Shown: in pieces, positions 59,563 to 64,000 of the stretch
Layout: each line of letters opens with the position of its first letter
Numbering within the stretch: the first letter of the stretch is position 1
NCBI GenBank assembly: GCA_965204755.1
Contig: OZ242011.1
Coordinates: 3,200,001-3,264,000 of the forward strand
DNA length: 64,000 nucleotides
DNA from: Candidatus Marinacidobacterium sp.
GTDB lineage: Bacteria > Acidobacteriota > Vicinamibacteria > Marinacidobacterales > Marinacidobacteraceae
Reading direction: 5' to 3'
Position numbers and translations under genes: made by a program
Notes under the pieces: model-generated
Told to the model about the DNA's origin: nothing
Seen by the model: the letters and a program-made list of their open reading frames with translations, nothing else
Databases searched by the model: none

Positions 59563-60422
59563 GTCGTCTCCGTTCCTTCCTTCCTCTCGCCCTCTTCGCC
59601 GCGGCGGCGCTGTCCGGCGTGGCGCTCGCAGCCGGCTGCGGCGCGCCGGCGGAAGAAGCGTCCGCCCCTCTGCCGACGGGGCCCGAAGCGGTGGCCGGCT
59701 GGCGGATGGTGGACCTCAGCCATGCCTACGGCGAGGACACGCTCTACTGGCCGACGGACACGCGCGGGTTCGCCCAGAACACGCTCGCCGAGGGGGAGAC
59801 GCCGGGCGGCTACTACTACGCCGCCCGCGACTTCGCGAGCGCCGAGCACGGCGGCACCCACCTGGATGCCCCGATCCACTTCGCCGAGGGCGGGGACGAC
59901 GCGGCGGAAGTGCCGCTGTCCCGCCTGATCGCCCCCGGCGTGGTGGTGGATGTGTCCGCCGCCGCGGAGGCCGATCCCGACTACCGGATCACCGCCGCCG
60001 ACATCGAAGCCTGGGAGGCCGAGCACGGGCCGATCCCGGCCGGCGCGGCCGCGCTCTTCCACACCGGCTGGGCGGCCCGTTGGCCGGATGCGTTGGCCTA
60101 TCTCGGCGACGACACGCCGGGGGACGCGGGGAACCTCCACTTCCCCGGGGTGGGCGAGGACGCGATGCGGTTGCTGGTGGCCCGGGAAGTCGGGCTCGTC
60201 GGGATCGACACCGCGAGTTTGGACTACGGGCCGTCGCAGGACTTCATCGCGCACCGGGTCGGCGCCGCCGCCGGCATCCCGAACCTGGAAAATGTGGGCG
60301 ACCTTTCGGAGTTGCCGGCGACCGGTTTCCTGCTGGTCGCGCTGCCGATGAAGATCGAGCGGGGAACGGGCGGACCGGTCCGCATCGTCGCCCTGATTCC
60401 GCCCGCGGCGCCCGCCGGTTGA
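59559..60422 (+). CDS. cyclase family (KynB-like) lipoprotein
   Basis: AAGC lipobox, EHGGTHLDAPIH, GIDT.S.D, LPMKI..GTGGPVR. Confidence 0.9.
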   Translation: MSRLRSFLPLALFAAAALSGVALAAGCGAPAEEASAPLPTGPEAVAGWRMVDLSHAYGEDTLYWPTDTRGFAQNTLAEGETPGGYYYAARDFASAEHGGTHLDAPIHFAEGGDDAAEVPLSRLIAPGVVVDVSAAAEADPDYRITAADIEAWEAEHGPIPAGAAALFHTGWAARWPDALAYLGDDTPGDAGNLHFPGVGEDAMRLLVAREVGLVGIDTASLDYGPSQDFIAHRVGAAAGIPNLENVGDLSELPATGFLLVALPMKIERGTGGPVRIVALIPPAAPAG

Positions 60423-60511
60423 TTTCCGGCGAACCCGAGGCCGGCCCCGTCCCGTTCGTCCGCCGCCGGTCCGCGGCGGGCTGACCCGCCGCCCGACCCG
60501 AGGCCCCCCGC

Positions 60512-61912
60512 GTGTCCGACGCCCCCGATCGCAAGGGGTTCTTGGCGCTCCTCCGCGAGTCGTTCCGCAGTTCCGAAGACCGCGACCTGACCTCCGGGCC
60601 GCTCTCGCCGGCGGTGCTGGTGCTCGCGGTGCCGATGGCGCTGGAGATGGTGGGCGAGTCCATCTTCGCGGTGGTGGACGCGCTCTTCATTTCGCGCCTC
60701 GGGTCGGCGGCGCTCGCGTCCGCCGGGCTGACCGAGACGGCGCTCGACCTGGTCTATGCGGTGGCGATCGGGTTCTCGTTCGCGGTGACCGCCGTGGTGT
60801 CCCGCCGGGTGGGCGAGGGGGACCGCCGGGCGGCGGCGCGGGCGGGAGTCCAGTCCATCGGCCTCGGGCTCGTGGTTTCGATCGTCCTCGGAGCGGTCGG
60901 CGTGTTCTTCGCCCCGCACGCGCTCCGGGTCATGGGCGCGGACGCCGACACGATCGCCGTGGGCACGACCCACGCCCGGATCATGTACGCCGGGATGGCG
61001 ACGATCATCCTGCTCTTCCTGAACAACGCCATCCTCCGGGGCGCGGGGGACGCGCAGGCGGCGATGCGTTCGCTGTGGCTCGCCAACGGGATCAACATCG
61101 TCCTCGATCCCTGCCTGATCTTCGGGCTGGGCCCGTTCCCGGAACTCGGATTGCCGGGAGCGGCGGTGGCGACCACCATCGGCCGCGGGATCGGCGTCCT
61201 CTACCAGTTCCGGGTGCTCGCGCGCGGCCCGCGGCTGAAGATCCTGCGGGAGGACCTGCGCGCCGAGTGGGACGTGCTGCGAAACCTCTGCCGGGTATCG
61301 ATCGGCGGCATCGGGCAGATGCTCGCGGACATGCTGCCCTGGATCCTGCTCATCCGCATCATCGCCGGATTCGGGACCGTCGCGGTCGCCGGCTGGGTGA
61401 TCGCCATCCGGGTGGCGCTCTTCGTGATCCTGCCGTCCTGGGGTCTCTCGAACGCCGCCGCCACGCTGGTGGGTCAAAACCTCGGCGCCGGGAAACCCCA
61501 CCGCGCGGAGCGGGCGGTCTGGATCACCGGCGGCTGGAACATGGCGTTCATGGGCGCGGTCACCGGCGTGTTCGTCGTCTTCGCGGCGCCGATCGCCGGC
61601 ATCTTCACCACGGACCCGGAGGTGCTCCGCACCGCGGCGACCGCCCTGCGGGTCGTGAGTTACGGCTATGTGTTCTACGCGATCGGGATGGTCACCCGGC
61701 AGGCGTTCAACGGCGCCGGCGACACCCGGACGCCCACGGTCATCGACCTCCTGTGTTTCTGGGCGTTCGAGATCCCGCTCGCCTGGCTCCTCTCCCGCAC
61801 GGCGCTCGGCGTGGACGGCGTGTTCTGGGCGGTCGCGGTTGCCTATTCGCTGTCCGCCGTGGTGAGCATGTTGTGGTTCCGCCGCGGGAAGTGGAAGACG
61901 ACGAAGGTCTGA
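60512..61912 (+). CDS. MATE efflux transporter
   Basis: LAVPMALEM, RGAGD, NIVLDP.LIFG, GQNLGA. Confidence 0.93.
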   Translation: MSDAPDRKGFLALLRESFRSSEDRDLTSGPLSPAVLVLAVPMALEMVGESIFAVVDALFISRLGSAALASAGLTETALDLVYAVAIGFSFAVTAVVSRRVGEGDRRAAARAGVQSIGLGLVVSIVLGAVGVFFAPHALRVMGADADTIAVGTTHARIMYAGMATIILLFLNNAILRGAGDAQAAMRSLWLANGINIVLDPCLIFGLGPFPELGLPGAAVATTIGRGIGVLYQFRVLARGPRLKILREDLRAEWDVLRNLCRVSIGGIGQMLADMLPWILLIRIIAGFGTVAVAGWVIAIRVALFVILPSWGLSNAAATLVGQNLGAGKPHRAERAVWITGGWNMAFMGAVTGVFVVFAAPIAGIFTTDPEVLRTAATALRVVSYGYVFYAIGMVTRQAFNGAGDTRTPTVIDLLCFWAFEIPLAWLLSRTALGVDGVFWAVAVAYSLSAVVSMLWFRRGKWKTTKV

Positions 61913-61956
61913 GAGCCCTTCGCGTCGCCGCGCCGCCTGCCGGTAACCTGACCGGT

Positions 61957-63378
61957 ATGGCCCGCCACTCCTTCCGGCGATTCGTTCGCGCGTTTCGCGC
62001 TCCCGCTCTCGGCGCCGCTCTCGCGGCCGGGGGCGCCGCTCCGTCGCCCGCCGGGGAGGCGCCGCTCGCCCTGGTGGGCGTGACGGTAGTCCCGATGGAT
62101 CGCGAGCGGACGCTCCCGGATCACACGGTGTTCATCCGCGGCGGGCGGATCGCGGCGCTCGGCCCCGCGGACGCGGTCGAGGTTCCCGCCGACGCCCGGC
62201 GGGTCTCCGCGGCCGGTCGCTTCCTGATTCCCGGTCTCGCCGAGTGGCACGGCCACCTGCCGGGGGCGGGGAGCCCGCCGCAACTCACGGAGGATGTGCT
62301 CTGGCTCTACGCGGCGAACGGCGTCACCACCGTGCGCGGGATGCAGGGGCACGCGAGCCAACTCGAACTGCGCGACCGCGTCGCGGCGGGGGAATTGGTC
62401 GGGCCGCGCCTGGTGGTGGGGAGCCCGGCGATGAGCGGGCGCGTCGAGTCCCCGGAGGAGGCGCGGCGGCTGGTGGCGGAATACGCCGAGGCCGGTTTCG
62501 ACCTGCTGAAGGTCCACGAAGGGTTCGCCCCGGAGGTGTACGCGGCGCTCGCCGCCGCCGCCCGCGAGCGGGGAATCCCCTTCGCCGGGCATGTGGCGGA
62601 CCGGGTCGGTCTGTTCGATTCTCTGGTTGCGGGGCAGGACACGGTGGACCACCTGGACAACTTCGTGGAGGCAATGATTCCGGAGACGGCGCGCGCCGGA
62701 ATGGAGGCGCTCCGCGGGATCGCCTCGCTCGCCGACCGGGTGGAGCGGGAGCGTCTCGACGCCGCGGTGGCGGCGATTCGGGACAGCGGCGCCGCGGTCG
62801 TTCCGACGATGGTGCTCTGGGAGTCGGGCATCCTGCCGACCCGGCCCGCGGAGGCCCTGCTGGCGGAGCGCTCCGAAGTTCGGTACATGCCGAAGGAAAC
62901 GGTCGAACGCTGGACCGCTGCCGTGGAGCAGGGTCTCGCGCGGCCGGGAGCGGAGAACCACCGGGCCGTCGCCGCGCTGCGGCGGGACATCCTGGCCGCG
63001 CTCCACCGCGCCGGGGTCCCGATCCTGCTCGGAACGGACTCGCCGCAGATATTCAGCGTTCCCGGTTTCTCGGTCCCGCGGGAACTGGCGGTCTATGTGG
63101 AGGTCGGGATGACGCCCTGGGAGGCGCTCCTGACCGGCACCCGAGCGGTGGCCGAGCATTCGGCGCGGAACGGTTGGATGCCCGGGGACTTCGGGACGAT
63201 CGCGGAGGGGAAACGCGCCGACCTGGTGTTGCTCGAGGGGAATCCGCTCGAGGACATCGGCGCCGCGGGCGCGGTCGCCGGCGTGGTGCTGTCCGGGCGC
63301 TACCTGGACGGGGAGGAGATCCGCGCCGCCCTCGCGGCCATCGAACGGCGGCGGGCCGCGGAGTCCGCCGGTTCCTGA
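61957..63378 (+). CDS. amidohydrolase family protein
   Basis: IPGLAEWHGH, ANGVTTVR, GTD, GTIAEGKRADLVLL..NPL. Start placed at ATG 61957. Confidence 0.9.
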   Translation: MARHSFRRFVRAFRAPALGAALAAGGAAPSPAGEAPLALVGVTVVPMDRERTLPDHTVFIRGGRIAALGPADAVEVPADARRVSAAGRFLIPGLAEWHGHLPGAGSPPQLTEDVLWLYAANGVTTVRGMQGHASQLELRDRVAAGELVGPRLVVGSPAMSGRVESPEEARRLVAEYAEAGFDLLKVHEGFAPEVYAALAAAARERGIPFAGHVADRVGLFDSLVAGQDTVDHLDNFVEAMIPETARAGMEALRGIASLADRVERERLDAAVAAIRDSGAAVVPTMVLWESGILPTRPAEALLAERSEVRYMPKETVERWTAAVEQGLARPGAENHRAVAALRRDILAALHRAGVPILLGTDSPQIFSVPGFSVPRELAVYVEVGMTPWEALLTGTRAVAEHSARNGWMPGDFGTIAEGKRADLVLLEGNPLEDIGAAGAVAGVVLSGRYLDGEEIRAALAAIERRRAAESAGS

Positions 63379-63396
63379 CTCGCGCCGGCCGGTCGG

Positions 63397-64000
63397 TTAC
63401 GAGAGTGCGCCGCCGGCGATCCGGTCCGGCAGGGCGGGCAGGTGCGAGACCGGCAGCGCGGAGATCTTCCCGGCGAGCGGATACGGTTCGTCGCCGGGGT
63501 AGATCACGAAGAGGTGGTCGAGCCCCAGGTCGGAGAGAGCCGTGTGCATCGAGCGCGTGGTTCCGGGAGCGTCGCTGAACTTCACCTCGAAGCCCAGCCG
63601 CTGCTGTCCGCGAATCAGCAGCAGGTCGAGTTCCGCGCCGGTTCGGGTTCTCCAGAAGAAGGCGCTTCGCGGTCGGAAGGCGGCGAGCGCCTGCTCGATC
63701 GCGAACCCCTCGAACGACGCGCCGACCTTCGGATGCCCCGACAGGCGTTCCCGCCCGGTAGTTTCCAGCAGACCGTGCAGCAGCCCGCTGTCCCGCAGGT
63801 AGATCTTCGGTGAGCGGACCTGCCGCTTTTTCAGGTTCTCGAACCAGGGCGGGAGTACGCGAACCAGGTAGGTCCCGGCGAGGATGTCGAGATAGCGGCG
63901 GGCCGTGCCTTCGCTCGAACCGAGCGATCTCGCGAACTCCGCGGCGTTCCGGACTTGGCCGTGCCAGTGCGCGACCATCATCCAGAACCTCCGGAGCGCC
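63397..64000 (-). CDS. AAA_14 + DUF4143 ATP-binding protein (5' end beyond window)
   Basis: PKIYLRDSGLL, GASFE, FWRT..GAELDLL...FEVK. Confidence 0.88.
   Translation of the reverse strand, partial: ALRRFWMMVAHWHGQVRNAAEFARSLGSSEGTARRYLDILAGTYLVRVLPPWFENLKKRQVRSPKIYLRDSGLLHGLLETTGRERLSGHPKVGASFEGFAIEQALAAFRPRSAFFWRTRTGAELDLLLIRGQQRLGFEVKFSDAPGTTRSMHTALSDLGLDHLFVIYPGDEPYPLAGKISALPVSHLPALPDRIAGGALS

Overview
High-GC (~70%) bacterial chromosomal segment. The DUF507 pair, DUF4097, DUF5916 and many lipoproteins suggest Acidobacteriota (inference only). Core genes are purC (partial), rpsT, a 10-gene Mrp/Mnh antiporter operon with three D-type subunits, tRNA-Asp, mmsA, groES/groEL, ilvD, panE, sseA and ddl. 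Defence-type modules are scattered among them with no integrase or transposase: three ABC-ATPase/nuclease modules, two orphan DNA methyltransferases, four tandem divergent HEPN (RxxxxH) paralogues, and a DUF7662-GIY-YIG / McrB / McrB / DUF2357 locus whose two McrB motors are nearly identical but whose N-termini differ. Signals not shown by the ORF track include a CxxU selenoprotein with a SECIS-like hairpin, tiny relay ORFs that keep translational coupling across operon gaps, near-absence of AGCT and ACGT, leaderless TANNNT promoters and a 27-bp symmetric divergent promoter. Family names are from motif recognition by eye; no database search was run.
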